Source of the DNA: Octopus sinensis
Taxonomy: Eukaryota
NCBI RefSeq assembly: GCF_006345805.1
Contig: NC_043000.1
Location: 93,930,001-93,994,000 of the forward strand
Direction: 5' to 3'
DNA length: 64,000 bases
The notes under the pieces were generated by a model. It saw only the letters and a list, made by a program, of their open reading frames with translations, was not told the origin of the DNA and made no database searches. Below, in pieces: positions 26,619-38,526 of the stretch. Position numbers and translations under genes: made by a program. Positions within the stretch are counted from its first letter, which is position 1; the number at the start of each line of letters is the position of its first letter.

Positions 26619-28104
26619 GCGTGTGCATGTCTGGTCTGTCTATCTCTCTCTCTCACTCATTAGCTCTACCTTTCTCCTCTCTCACTCTCTCGCTGTCTCC
26701 GTTATAGCCTTATCAAAAATCAAAGCAAGCTACACTACTCTGTACTTTAGATGTGATATATCATACAAATGATTCAGTGTTCCGCAGCGTATTTCATGAA
26801 ACCGAAGATACTAATTTTTTTGCAGGACAGTCTAAAATCCAAACAGAGAGGAAACAGAAAGGAAATAAAACTCTTTTATTTCTCACCGGTCATATTTACT
26901 CTGAGGAAGGACTTTGAACGAAATGTTCGATACTCCATTCCTAACTGCAATTTTATTGTTCTCGTCCTATCGCTCATTTTGATAAGTAAATTTGATACAC
27001 CATATGTATTACACGATCGATATCTTAATTCAGTTTATTTATTTCATACTGTATTCTTGCATAATACAATTAAAAGAAAATTTTCATTTGGTAGTCCGTA
27101 AAGATTTCCTGATAAAGTCTGTGGACAACCATATTGAAAAAGTTGCGCATTGCTACACTAAACTCATTAGAAACAGATAAGCATGTTTTCACAAATTTGC
27201 AGATAAATAGACATATATTCATCTGATTATATCCCTCTCAGCATCTACTATTTAGTCAAGTGATGGCAGTCATTACACTCTGTAACACGACTTTTGTCCT
27301 GGCGTAACAGCTGTCATTTATTTACTTACTACTAGAAAGTATGAAAATGGCTAATATTTCCTTCAAGTTTGGCTTTTGTCATATTTATTCAAACCCCAAA
27401 GAATCTCTCTCAACACATGGCTATGATGCTCTTCCACTGTCCTGCTCATGATTAGAAATGCGCATATTGTTAGTCACAAGTGGTTAAAGTCAAGCAACTG
27501 ACAAGCAAATCTGTGACATTGAGCAGAATATTTGCTATAACAATATTTCTGCTTCAGCAATTCAGCGCTGAATCTGTCTAAAATGTAATGGAAAATAGGT
27601 CAGTTTCAAAACATTGATGTCCATGTTACAAAAACATAGTTTGAAAGGAATAGTAGTCATTCCTTTGATTTCTAGATAGAAGCAAAAATGAAATAACACT
27701 TACTAGCCAGAAACGCAAAAGAAAAACTAATAATAAAAATTTGCTATATACATTGTTGTCTATGTTATTTAACTGAAATCAAAAATTAATTAGGAGTGGC
27801 AAGTGAAAACAGAACTCATTATATATAGGCTATTTGACAGGAGTTTATGTTCGCTTTCCATCTACCTAATTTCATTCATAAGGCTTGGTTTGATTCGAAG
27901 TTATAGTAGAAGATATTACAAAGAAAATATCATGCTGTGAGAATCAAAACATGAAGCGCTTCATCGCAAAGCGAACATTTTTCTATTGGACCTGGAGGAG
28001 GTAGTGAGGTTATAGGGCCTAACTTCGGTTGAGAGTAAACACGATAAATTTTGTCCTATTGTTATAACCTTCAATCATGCTGTCAGTACATGACTGATTA
28101 TCAT

Positions 28105-28440
28105 ATAACATCCTTTCGGAGTCGATAAAATAAGTACTAGTTGCATACTGGGGTCGATCTAATCGACTGGCCCCCTCCCCCAAAAATTTCGGGCCCTGTA
28201 CCCAGAGTAGAAAAGATTATTGCTTAACATGCGGCGGCGACCTGGCAGAATCGTTAGCACACCGAACAAAATGCCCAACAGCATTTCTTAACACTTTACG
28301 TTCTGAGTTGAAATACTCCAGAGGTCTACTTCGCTTTTTATCCTTTTGGGAACTATAAGACAAATGCCAGTTGATCACTGGAGTCAATGTAATCGACCAG
28401 TCACCTTACTCTAAATTTTCAGGCATTGTACCTGATTATT
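28105..28440 (+). mobile_element. Two family B SINE copies (older subtype)
   Basis: Core homology; tail cccctccccaaaaatttcgggccctgtacccagagtagaaaag. Confidence 0.75.
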
Positions 28441-28484
28441 ATTTAGCATTATTTTAAAATTCTCCAACAGATCTAAGTTAAACA

Positions 28485-28972
28485 CAAGTGGAAGTTGAAC
28501 TTAGAAAGAGTCCAGAAGCTGGCTACCCGCATTGTTCTTGGTCTCAAGAATTTATCTTATGAAGAAAGGCTGAAGACGCTCAACCTTTATTCTCTACAAA
28601 AACGACGACGCCGTGGAGATCTCATTCTTGCTTACAACATCATAAGCGGAAAGTGTAACCTCTCGAAAGAGCTGTTCTTCACTCCTGCTCCAGAGCGTCG
28701 GCTGCGGGTCATTCCGAAAAGCTCTATCTGCGACGATTTCATCTCAATCAAAGGAAAGGGGCTTTCTCCGTCCGGGTTGCGGAACCGTGGAATAAGCTGC
28801 CAGACGAGATGGTGAAGATGCCGACGACCGCTCGGTTCAAAGTCTCCCTTGACCTCAAGTGGCCTGAACTCTTTACATGAACACCACCCTGTACATAACT
28901 CCATGTCCCCCTACATGGCCTTGCTTTTTGCTTTTTGAGCCAAAAAATTAACTAACTTAACTAACTAACTAG
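28485..28972 (+). mobile_element. 3' fragment of a second CR1-type LINE with (TAAC)n tail
   Basis: LERVQKLATRIVLGLKNLSYEERLKTLNLYSLQKRRRRGDLILAYNII..RRLRG, frameshift, SEKLYLRRFHLNQRKGAFSVRVAEPWNKLPDEMV; short 3' UTR then taactaacttaactaactaac. Confidence 0.9.
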
Positions 28973-29155
28973 ATCACAGAGGTTTTAAAACTAAACATTA
29001 TTGAAATATTATATTTCAGTCAGATACTCTCCCACTAATTTCGCTTTACGATTATCTATGTTCCTAACGATGTTTCATGAGAAATATGTACACGTCATTA
29101 TAATATAAATGCTCTGTCGGTGATTAAAATATGGATATTCGCACTTTTGAATGCG

Positions 29156-29268
29156 GAGAAACCAGAAACAACATAATTTAATGAGAAAAGTCAGCACGTT
29201 ATTATTTGACCGTTATTATTTCTGCACGTTCATTGACCGGAGAAGTCCTTCAAAGTGATCAGAGACAT
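29156..29268. repeat. Arm A of a perfect 113-bp inverted repeat (arm B 30959-31071)
   Basis: gagaaaccagaaac..gatcagagacat is the exact reverse complement of 30959-31071. Confidence 0.95.
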
Positions 29269-29448
29269 ATAATATCTGAATCGATTGAAAGTAAATTTAC
29301 ATGTATCTTATAGATATGTGCCTTACATACACACAGACGCGCGCGCACACATACCACATAAACATCAACAAGGTATTTTTGTATGTATGTATGTATGTAT
29401 GTATGTATGTATGTATGTATGTATGTATGTATGTATGTACGTATGTAT

Positions 29449-29650
29449 AATTGCAGATTTGTTTGTTTTGTTTTATGTGTCAGACATGGTCATACATACT
29501 TAAGTGACAAACTTCTGTAAACTTTTACAGATTTTTACAGTTCCAGTGATGGCTTTGATCTGTAGTTTTGGAATCAGCTTACTTCTTTCTGGTTTTGAGA
29601 AGTCTAATTTCTCAAGTTTGGTATTTAGGCAGTGCGTTACATATCTCAGT
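29449..29650 (-). mobile_element. 3' end of the same REL-type LINE family as 8160-9020, ending in (CATA)n
   Basis: LRYVTHCLNTKLEKLDFSKPERSKLIPKLQIKAITGTVKICKSLQKFVT*, then ..aaatctgcaatta into (CATA)n (29381-29448). Confidence 0.85.
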
Positions 29651-30897
29651 ATGTATGTATGTATGCATGTATATGTGCGTGTGTGCGTGCATGTGTATGT
29701 GTGTGCATGTGGGCGCGCGCGGTTATGTTCTTTTTCTCTTTAATTTTAGAGGAAATTTTGACCGGCCACCTACTTAATAGAAGGGTTATGAAAGAAAGTA
29801 CCTTGTTTTAACCACCAGCTTTTAAATCTTAAGGCCTTGCAGATTTTTATAGTCCCAGATATCGGGATCATGTGTAGCATATAAATTAGAGATTTTCATT
29901 CTCACCCCAAGGTCCTAAGTTCAGACGGGTTGGTATCTATCTTGTTGCTCAAGTAATAATAGGTATAAATCACAAAGAGTATCTTGAGTACTGGATTTGC
30001 AATGTATGTACGTATATATGTGTGTGTGTCTGTGTGTGTGTGTGAACACGTGAGCAGTTGTATGTAATAGCCTGCTAAGTAATTAGTATGTAAAATGAGA
30101 TTAGATCATTAAAACAATAAACAATTATATAACAGTGGGAATAGGGTGGATGAAACGTCTTTCCATTTCGGTGTATAATGCAGAGCGCGGTAGAAAAAAT
30201 CTCCCATACTTCACACGGCGATTGATGTGAAACTCCTGAATTTAGGCAACTAATAATGGTGTCTTCTTTCTTTTTTTTTTATTTTTAGTTGATGTTATAG
30301 TTTGAACCGGTATATACAGTTGCGTTTACTATCAAAACATTTATCAAGACTGGTAAATCTCAAGGGGATTTTTTGCCGCGCCCTGTGTTTTGGCTGGCAA
30401 CTGTCAGTGCAGACATGGATCTGTTGGCGATTTATATATAAAATCACAATTACTTGACATCGAAATTGCAGACCACCTTGAAAAATATAGTATTCGCTCA
30501 AAGAAATCAATTTGCATATTAAGACATTTTAACAAAAGGCATTCTTGAGGTATGAGCAATACATTTTTAATAATATCTGGGAAAAAGCCTTCTTTCATGT
30601 TTTATAACTTTACAAAACAAACTCACATACAACTAGGAACACTGGTTGTCGTCTATCCCCACCCCATTCTCTATCTCTCATTCGCTCTTTTATACACACG
30701 TATATGTGTTATTGTTTGTGTATGTGCACATATATATGCCTATATCTTTATGTGTACACACAGACATATAGATGTATACATATATGTTTGTGTATATATA
30801 TATTTATATGTGTTTGTGTGTGTGTATATATATATACATGTATACATATATATATATACATATATATACATATATATATAAAAACACACAAACACAC

Positions 30898-30938
<41 letters not shown>

Positions 30939-30958
30939 TAATATAAATTTGTCATTAG

Positions 30959-31071
30959 ATGTCTCTGATCACTTTGAAGGACTTCTCCGGTCAATGAACG
31001 TGCAGAAATAATAACGGTCAAATAATAACGTGCTGACTTTTCTCATTAAATTATGTTGTTTCTGGTTTCTC
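30959..31071. repeat. Arm B of the perfect 113-bp inverted repeat, abutting the LINE 5' junction
   Basis: Exact reverse complement of 29156-29268; LINE-like coding sequence begins immediately after. Confidence 0.95.
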
Positions 31072-33957
31072 TTGAGAGACTTTGTTGCATGCAATCAAGC
31101 CTTATGCATAGCACTTACGGAAACACACCTGAAACCGAACATATCGGATGCGGAATTACACATACCACAGTATGTTGTACTACGGACCGACAGAAAAGAA
31201 AGGAGTCATGGAGGAGTTGCTATGTACATCCGTGAGGACTTCACACCCCAGGTCCTTTTGTCATACTCAAACTCGGTGTGTGACACACTAATTGTACATG
31301 TAAGGCAACTTGGTGTAGTTGTGTGTGCTACATATCGCCCTCCAGATGCCCCAAGCCATATGGGCAAGTTTGAAGACTGCCTTATAAAAATAGAAGTTCT
31401 AGTCACACTAGAACAACACATAAGTGTACTTCTCATGGGAGACTTCAATCTACCCAATGTCAGATGGCCCGAGGGCCTTTCTCTCCCAGGAATGACACGA
31501 TGTGAACAAGGACAGGCGAGGTCCCTCCTGAACCTCATCAACACCCTGTACATGGAGCAAGTAATACTCCAACCAACCAGGGCAGGTAACACACTGGATC
31601 TCTGCTTCACAAATAATATGGATCTCATCCATAATGTGAAAGTGACACCGACACTACTCTCGGATCACAACATGTTAGAGCTGACCATGTACGGGCCAAA
31701 GGAAAGCATGGACATGCAGCCTACAAGAAACTCTCAGAATCTTTCCAGCTTGAACTTCAATAAGGCAAACTGGAAACAAATTGAGAAAGAGATCCTCAAA
31801 CAAAACTGGCCTGAATGTCTCTCCTCGCCAGACATCGACATGAAACTTCAACAATTCATGTCTGTAATGCAAGCCATATACTACAAATGTGTCCCAGAGA
31901 GAAAGGCCACTGTACACAAGAACAAAATCCCCAGAGAGAGAAAAATTCTGATGAGACGGCGTACAAAAATCTCAAATCGCCTAAACAAACAAATTGAAAG
32001 CAGTGAAAAGTCCCGCCTGAAAATGAAACTGTTGGAAATTGAAAAATGTCTGCAACTCTCCCATGAAAAGGAAAGAGCAGACAAAGAAGCCTGGGCTATA
32101 GACAACATAAAATCTAACCCCAGAGCTTTCTACAGGTATGCCAAAGAAACAGCTACGGTGCACTGTAGGATAGGGCCACTCCTTGAAAGGGATGGCACAC
32201 TCACAGGAAATCCAATGAGGGTAAGTGAAATACTAAATGAGCAATTCAAGAGTGTTTTCACCCCACCCCTTGGGCATTTCCAAATCAGCAATCCAACTGA
32301 CTTCTTCACCACTGCAGATATGGGGTTAGAGGCAGCGATGATTGATTACAGCAATATAAAGGAAGACGATGTAATAAAGGCTATAGATGAGATGAAAACA
32401 AACTCAGCTACTGGCCCCGATGGATTCCCGGCAATCCTTCTAAAAGTATGTAAGAGAGTCCTAGCAAGACCACTGCAGTCTCTCTTTCAGAGCTTCCTTG
32501 CAACTGGCAAACTTCCAAGAAAACTGAAGGAAGGTAAAATATGCCCTATTCATAAAGGAGGTAGCAGGGCGGAGGCCAAGAACTACAGACCTATCTCTCT
32601 GACCTCACACATCAGCAAGGTCATGGAACGAATAGTCAGAAGGAAACTAATCACCTTCCTTGAAGAAAATGACTTGCTGCCTGACACCCAACATGGTTTC
32701 CGACCAGGAAGAAGCTGCTTAATTCAGCTCCTACAACACTATGACTGGGTGCTGAAACGACTGCTCAACCACTCAAATGTGGAAGTGATATATCTCGACT
32801 TTGCAAAGGCCTTTGATAAAGTCGATCATGGAATGATATGTCACAAACTGCGTGATCTTGGCATAGTTGGAAAATTGGGAGAATGGCTTCATGACTTTCT
32901 GAAGGATAGAAGTCAGGTGGTAGTAGCCACCATTAACGCGCAAATAGTGAGCGGTGTTCCGCAGGGCACTGTTTTGGGACCACTACTGTTCATAATGGCC
33001 CTCTCAGACATGCCCTCAGCCACGCAGAGAGCCACGATCACAAGTTATGCAGATGATACAAAAGTTTCACAGGCAATACAGAACCCTGAAGACACTAAGC
33101 ACCTGCAATGTGAGCTGGACAAAATATACAAGTGGGCTGAAAAGAATAGCATGCAGTTCAATGCTGAAAAGTTTCAAGCTTTATGCTATCAGCATGCAAA
33201 ACTGAATGCAATACCCAATGAATACACTGGACCCGGAGAGATTGCAATCCCAGAGGCACAATCAGTGCGTGACCTGGGTATTCACATGAGTGATGACGCA
33301 ACCTTTCATGTACATGTTGCTAAACTGGCAATGAAATGTAGACGGCTGGCCGGATGGATTCTTAGAACCTTTAGAACAAGAGAACAAGAAACCATGATGG
33401 TCCTCTGGAAGACACTTGTCCTAAGCCACTTTGACTATTGCTCTCAACTATGGTCACCATCCAGTGTAAAGTTGATCACAGAACTTGAGGCGATCCAACG
33501 AAGCTACACGAAGAAGATAGCCTCTGTGAAGCATATAAGCTACTGGGAAAGACTCAAGAGATTAAGACTCTATTCCTTGGAGTGTAGGCGAGAAAGATAT
33601 GCCATAATATATATCTGGAAGATCCTGGAAGGACTTGTCCCAAACTTTGGCATCGAGAGTCACACAAATGCCAGAACCGGGCGCCACTGCGTGGTACCAA
33701 GGACTCCAAATTTGCCATCAAGATGTAGGACAAGATATTGTGATAGCCTGGGCTTCAGAGGCCCACAGCTCTTCAATATCCTCCCGAAGAACCTGAGGGA
33801 CCTGCATGGTGTAGATGCGGATGTCTTTAAAGTAGGACTGGATCTCTTCCTGTCAGGTGTCCCGGATGAACCAACTTCACGGCAGGAGGTGCAGATGAGG
33901 GCAGCTGCATCGAACTCTCTCATGCACCAAATGGCAGTTGCTAAAAAGCATTTGTGA
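31030..33957 (+). CDS. LINE ORF2-type protein: APE endonuclease + reverse transcriptase (CR1 group); first ~14 codons derive from flanking DNA, native N-terminus missing
   Basis: 975-aa open frame; APE motifs ALTETHL, YRPP, MGDFN, TLDL, SDHN; RT motifs ATGPDG, NYRPISLTS, QHGFRPGRSC, YLDFAKAFDKVDH, GVPQGTVLGPLLF, YADDTK, RDLG; C-terminal SYWERLKRLRLYSLECRRERY. Confidence 0.95.
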   Translation: MLTFLIKLCCFWFLLRDFVACNQALCIALTETHLKPNISDAELHIPQYVVLRTDRKERSHGGVAMYIREDFTPQVLLSYSNSVCDTLIVHVRQLGVVVCATYRPPDAPSHMGKFEDCLIKIEVLVTLEQHISVLLMGDFNLPNVRWPEGLSLPGMTRCEQGQARSLLNLINTLYMEQVILQPTRAGNTLDLCFTNNMDLIHNVKVTPTLLSDHNMLELTMYGPKESMDMQPTRNSQNLSSLNFNKANWKQIEKEILKQNWPECLSSPDIDMKLQQFMSVMQAIYYKCVPERKATVHKNKIPRERKILMRRRTKISNRLNKQIESSEKSRLKMKLLEIEKCLQLSHEKERADKEAWAIDNIKSNPRAFYRYAKETATVHCRIGPLLERDGTLTGNPMRVSEILNEQFKSVFTPPLGHFQISNPTDFFTTADMGLEAAMIDYSNIKEDDVIKAIDEMKTNSATGPDGFPAILLKVCKRVLARPLQSLFQSFLATGKLPRKLKEGKICPIHKGGSRAEAKNYRPISLTSHISKVMERIVRRKLITFLEENDLLPDTQHGFRPGRSCLIQLLQHYDWVLKRLLNHSNVEVIYLDFAKAFDKVDHGMICHKLRDLGIVGKLGEWLHDFLKDRSQVVVATINAQIVSGVPQGTVLGPLLFIMALSDMPSATQRATITSYADDTKVSQAIQNPEDTKHLQCELDKIYKWAEKNSMQFNAEKFQALCYQHAKLNAIPNEYTGPGEIAIPEAQSVRDLGIHMSDDATFHVHVAKLAMKCRRLAGWILRTFRTREQETMMVLWKTLVLSHFDYCSQLWSPSSVKLITELEAIQRSYTKKIASVKHISYWERLKRLRLYSLECRRERYAIIYIWKILEGLVPNFGIESHTNARTGRHCVVPRTPNLPSRCRTRYCDSLGFRGPQLFNILPKNLRDLHGVDADVFKVGLDLFLSGVPDEPTSRQEVQMRAAASNSLMHQMAVAKKHL

Positions 33958-34030
33958 GGTAAAATCATGTAGCAAACCAAATGGCGGTGCCCCAGCATGG
34001 CCACAGCTCATGAGCTGAAACTGGAAAATC
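31072..34030 (+). mobile_element. Young 5'-truncated CR1-group LINE insertion
   Basis: Uninterrupted ORF, short 3' UTR with structured tail at 33983-34021, then gaaaatc/aaaatc-like repeats; no clear TSD. Confidence 0.9.
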
Positions 34031-34046
34031 AAAAAAAAAATCAAAA

Positions 34047-34085
<39 letters not shown>

Positions 34086-34087
34086 GG

Positions 34088-34520
<433 letters not shown>

Positions 34521-34529
34521 ATATATAAT

Positions 34530-35000
34530 ATAAATTTATATAGTACGTTTATATATTGTTGTGCAAGATTTTTTATGTGAAGTCGTGTGTTGAAACAGAT
34601 ATTGTTATATTTCGGAATGGTCATTTTGCCAGTTTAGCCAATAAAAACACACGCACTATATATTTGGTGTTACTTTGCTTCAGAGTTATTTATTTTTTGC
34701 ATTAATCTTAATCTTATTTCGGCCAGAGTTTTTTCGTCACACTTCTGTGACCGCATCAGTGGTCCTTTGTTCTCTTCTTTCTTACTTGTGTCTCTCCTTA
34801 CTAACCGTTAGCCATTTTGTATTTCTATTGTATGTCTTCATTTGCGCATGCTTATATCTCTATGTGCGTCTATTTTTATTTAGTGTGTGTGTGGGAGGAT
34901 GCCTGTAATATTTGCATCTTCTGTTTATATACGTTCATGTAATTTGTTTTTGTTATTGTTGCTTTTGTTTATTCTCATTTTGTTCATGTGTTTACATCCA
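34530..35000 (-). mobile_element. (TA)n-anchored non-coding element, possibly Penelope-derived, carrying a hammerhead-like motif
   Basis: Flanked by (TA)n; short homologous piece gaatggtca..gccagtttagcc also at ~21437-21462; hammerhead-like fold at 34721-34765. Confidence 0.5.
34721..34765 (-). ncRNA. Candidate type I hammerhead ribozyme (degenerate)
   Basis: Minus strand GGACCA-CTGATGCG-GTCAC-agaagt-GTGAC-GAAA-aaac-TC-TGGCC: perfect 5-bp stem II directly before GAAA, stem I cca/tgg; A9 position reads C. Confidence 0.5.
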
Positions 35001-35098
35001 CTTATGATTATTATCCTTGCATATATATATATAATACATAAATAAATAAATACACATTGTTTCACATTTATGTGCTTACTCCAGTATATATATGTATA

Positions 35099-35146
<48 letters not shown>

Positions 35147-35402
35147 CACGTTGGTTGTAATTTACTTATTGAATTTAATTACCGATATGGTTGTACATAG
35201 GGTAAATGTATTTGAACTTTGTGGTTTCTTTGGTATGTTTCTTCCCAAACAACACTTATTTTAGTACTGCTGACACCGACGGATTGAATGCTGCTGCCCA
35301 GTTATCGAAACCATAATGATAACCGTGGGGCAGCTGATGATGGAGATATGTTGGATTGTTGGTATGGTTGTTTGTGTGTATATGGAATAGTATTATAACA
35401 CA

Positions 35403-35715
35403 TGTGGAGGCGGAATGGCCCAGTGGTTAGGGCAGCCGACTCGCGGTGGTAGGATCGCGGTTTCGATTCCCAGACGGGGCGTTGTGAGTGTTTATTGAGC
35501 GAAAACACCTAAAGCTCCACGAAGCTCCCGCAGGGGGTGGTGGCGATCCCTGTTGTACTCTTTCGCCACAACTTTCTCTCACTCTTTCTTCTGTTGGCCT
35601 GCTCGCTTAGCCAGCGGGGTGGCGTCATTTGAAGGCTAAAACAATGCGAAGCGCATTGTGACCAGCGGTGTATAGCAACATCTGATAGCCTGGTCGGTCA
35701 CGGTGATCACGGTGA
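35403..35715 (+). mobile_element. tRNA-derived SINE, family E
   Basis: tRNA-like head ggcggaatggcccagtggttagggcagccgactcgcggtggtaggatcgcggtttcgattccc followed by a non-tRNA body ending in cacggtgat repeats. Confidence 0.75.
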
Positions 35716-35744
35716 TTATAACACATAGTTTTTGATATATGTTT

Positions 35745-36050
35745 CAGGCATTTTGACTGCAGCCTTGAAGGGATTTAGCCCAACAAATCGACATTGGGAC
35801 TTATTTTCAAGCCTAATACTTATTCTATCGGTATATTTAGCTGAACCACTAGATTACGGGGACGTAAACACACCAACACCGGTTGTCAAGCAAGACAGGT
35901 TTGTTTCAGTTTCCGCCTACCAAATCTACTCACAAGTCTTTGGCCGGCCCGAGGCTATAGCAGAAGACACACGCCTAAGTTACAACTCTGAGATTGAATC
36001 CAGAGCCATGTGGTTGGGAAGCAAGTTCCTTGCAACACAACCACGCATGC
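35745..36050 (-). mobile_element. Family A SINE
   Basis: Reverse-complement homology to 4186-4572. Confidence 0.75.
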
Positions 36051-36319
36051 GCGAATGTATATGTATACCTATCAGTCATTTCATTATGTTAAACCGTTAA
36101 TCCAGGTACATTTTCTTTTTTCACCATTTTTTTGTCTTTCTCTCTTCATTTTTTGGCCCTCATCCTTCTCTGTCAAAGAGCAAAGACTCAAAACCACAAA
36201 GACATTTCCATTCTTACCGAGCAACACACCAATACACCTACTTGTTGTTCCCTCACCTGCCTTTGACTTCTGTTTTCTATCTATTTTTACACACACACGA
36301 GCGCGCGCGCTCACACATG

Positions 36320-36351
<32 letters not shown>

Positions 36352-36413
36352 TACATATATATATATACACACACATGTATATATACGTATATATATACAC
36401 ACACGATATATAC

Positions 36414-36461
<48 letters not shown>

Positions 36462-36473
36462 TTGTGTGTGTGT

Positions 36474-36504
<31 letters not shown>

Positions 36505-36527
36505 CATACATACATACACATATACAT

Positions 36528-36635
36528 AAGGTTTATAGCTGTAATTATTGTGACTCTGGGATATGTAATTCACTGCCTAAATACAAATCTTGAGAAATTA
36601 GGCTTCTCAAAACCAGAAAGAAGAAAGCTAATTCT
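36528..36635 (+). mobile_element. Third fragment of the REL-type LINE family, directly after (CATA)n and interrupted by a family B SINE (36640-36850)
   Basis: RFIAVIIVTLGYVIHCLNTNLEKLGFSKPERRKLI matches the 8760-8860 and 29570-29650 copies. Confidence 0.8.
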
Positions 36636-37373
36636 TTCGTTTGCACGCCGGGCGAAATGCGTAGCCGTATTTCGTCTGCCGTTACGTTCTGAGTTCAAAT
36701 TCCGCCGAGGTCGACTTTGCCTTTCATCCTTTCGGAGTCGATAAATTAAGTACCAATTACGCACTGGGGCCGATGTAATCGACTTAATCCCTTTGTCTGT
36801 CCTTGTTGGTCTTCTTTGTGTTTAGCACTTTGTGGGCAGTAAAGAAATATATATATATGTATCACTTTAGGGCACATCATTTCGTCAGACGAAATATTTA
36901 GTGGCATCTAGCTACGGTCTTTTACGTTCTGTGTTCAAATCCGACCTAGATCAACTCTCGATGTCGATAAAAGATGGTAATGGTCAAATATTGGCGTGAA
37001 TTTAATCGATTAGTCTCTTTGCCATCCCAAATTTCTGGTCTTGTGCTTATATTATAAGCAATTATTAATTGAATTGTATGTAATGGAGGCTGGGGTTGTG
37101 AGAAAGTGTGACTACGAGCTGTTCCCTGCTTGTCTGTTCTTCTGTCTAGGCTGTCTCTCTGATAAGTCGAATTGGCACCGATTTAGTATCGCTTTAACAA
37201 TTCATTACAAATATTTGCCACTTTCGCTGCCTTCCCTCTCCTTTTTTTTTTCCACATCTCCCTCCTTCCCTTCCTCATCACTCTCAGCACCATCATCACC
37301 ATCATCATTTGAATTAGTACGAACGAACCTATGTAACGTTACAAATACGTTGTTCTCTTTATTTTCTGCCCCG

Positions 37374-37437
<64 letters not shown>

Positions 37438-37844
37438 TAAGATTGTTAATAGAACTGTTGTAGATCGTTTAGGTTCAGTGACTTCGATGTAAGTCTCCGC
37501 CCCTTGTTCTTGCAGCTATTGCTTTTGTCGTTTCTGTTGTTGTTATTGTTCTCGTTTTGGTTGTTGTTGTTGTTGCTGTCGCTGATGCCACTGCTGCCGC
37601 TGCTACGGCCGCTGCTGCTATTGTTGATTTTGTTTTGTTATATTTATTGGGTCGCTGATAGCAACTCTTATCGTTGGTGGGACGTTATACTCCGAGACAT
37701 GGTTTTGTTCTAGTAAGTAGCATTATAAGAGGTAGTCACCGTCGATGTTAACACAACAGCAACATTAGTAATAGTAGTAGTAGTAGTAGTTCATTTGTTG
37801 CTACTGTTAGTGTTGTTGTAACGGTGATATATGAGTATAAATTT

Positions 37845-38437
37845 ACGTCCTAAGTTCACATCCTTTCGGGGTCGATAAATTAAGTACCAGTTCCATACTG
37901 GTTCGATGTAAGCAACTGCCCCGCCGCCGCCCCAATTTTCGGGCCTTGAGCCTAGAGTAGAAGAGATATATGAGCATAATCGCTAGAGCATCAGAATAAA
38001 TGTTTCGCGATATTTCTTCTGGCATTTTACGTTCTGAGTTCAAATCCCACCGAGGTCAATCTTGCACTTTGATGCTCCCTGGGTCAATAAGAAAAATTTC
38101 CAGCCAAGTACTTATGCTGATGATATTGACTAACATCCTCCCCTCAAAATTCCTGCCCTTGTACAAAAATAAGAAATTATTATTGGAGCTAAAGCGGTGA
38201 CCTGGCAGAATCGTTAGCACGTCGGACCAAATGCATAACGGTATTTCATCCGTCTTTATATTCTGAGGTCAAAATCTGCCGAGGTTACATTTACTTTTTA
38301 TCCTTTCCGAGTTGATATAGTCAACGGTTGCCCCAGACTCCAAACCCCGCAAAAGCAATTCCTTGCGTGTGTGGGTACACAAAAGCACATTATTATTGTT
38401 GTTGTTGTTGTCGTCGTCGTTGTTGTTGTTGTTGTTG

Positions 38438-38526
<89 letters not shown>

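Noticed and set aside
29156-31071. 1.9-kb DNA transposon with 113-bp TIRs
   Set aside because: No TSD or transposase; the interior contains old unrelated repeats while the arms are identical
35403-35480. Possible genuine tRNA gene
   Set aside because: Acceptor stem is not closed and the sequence continues into a SINE body; a tRNA-derived head
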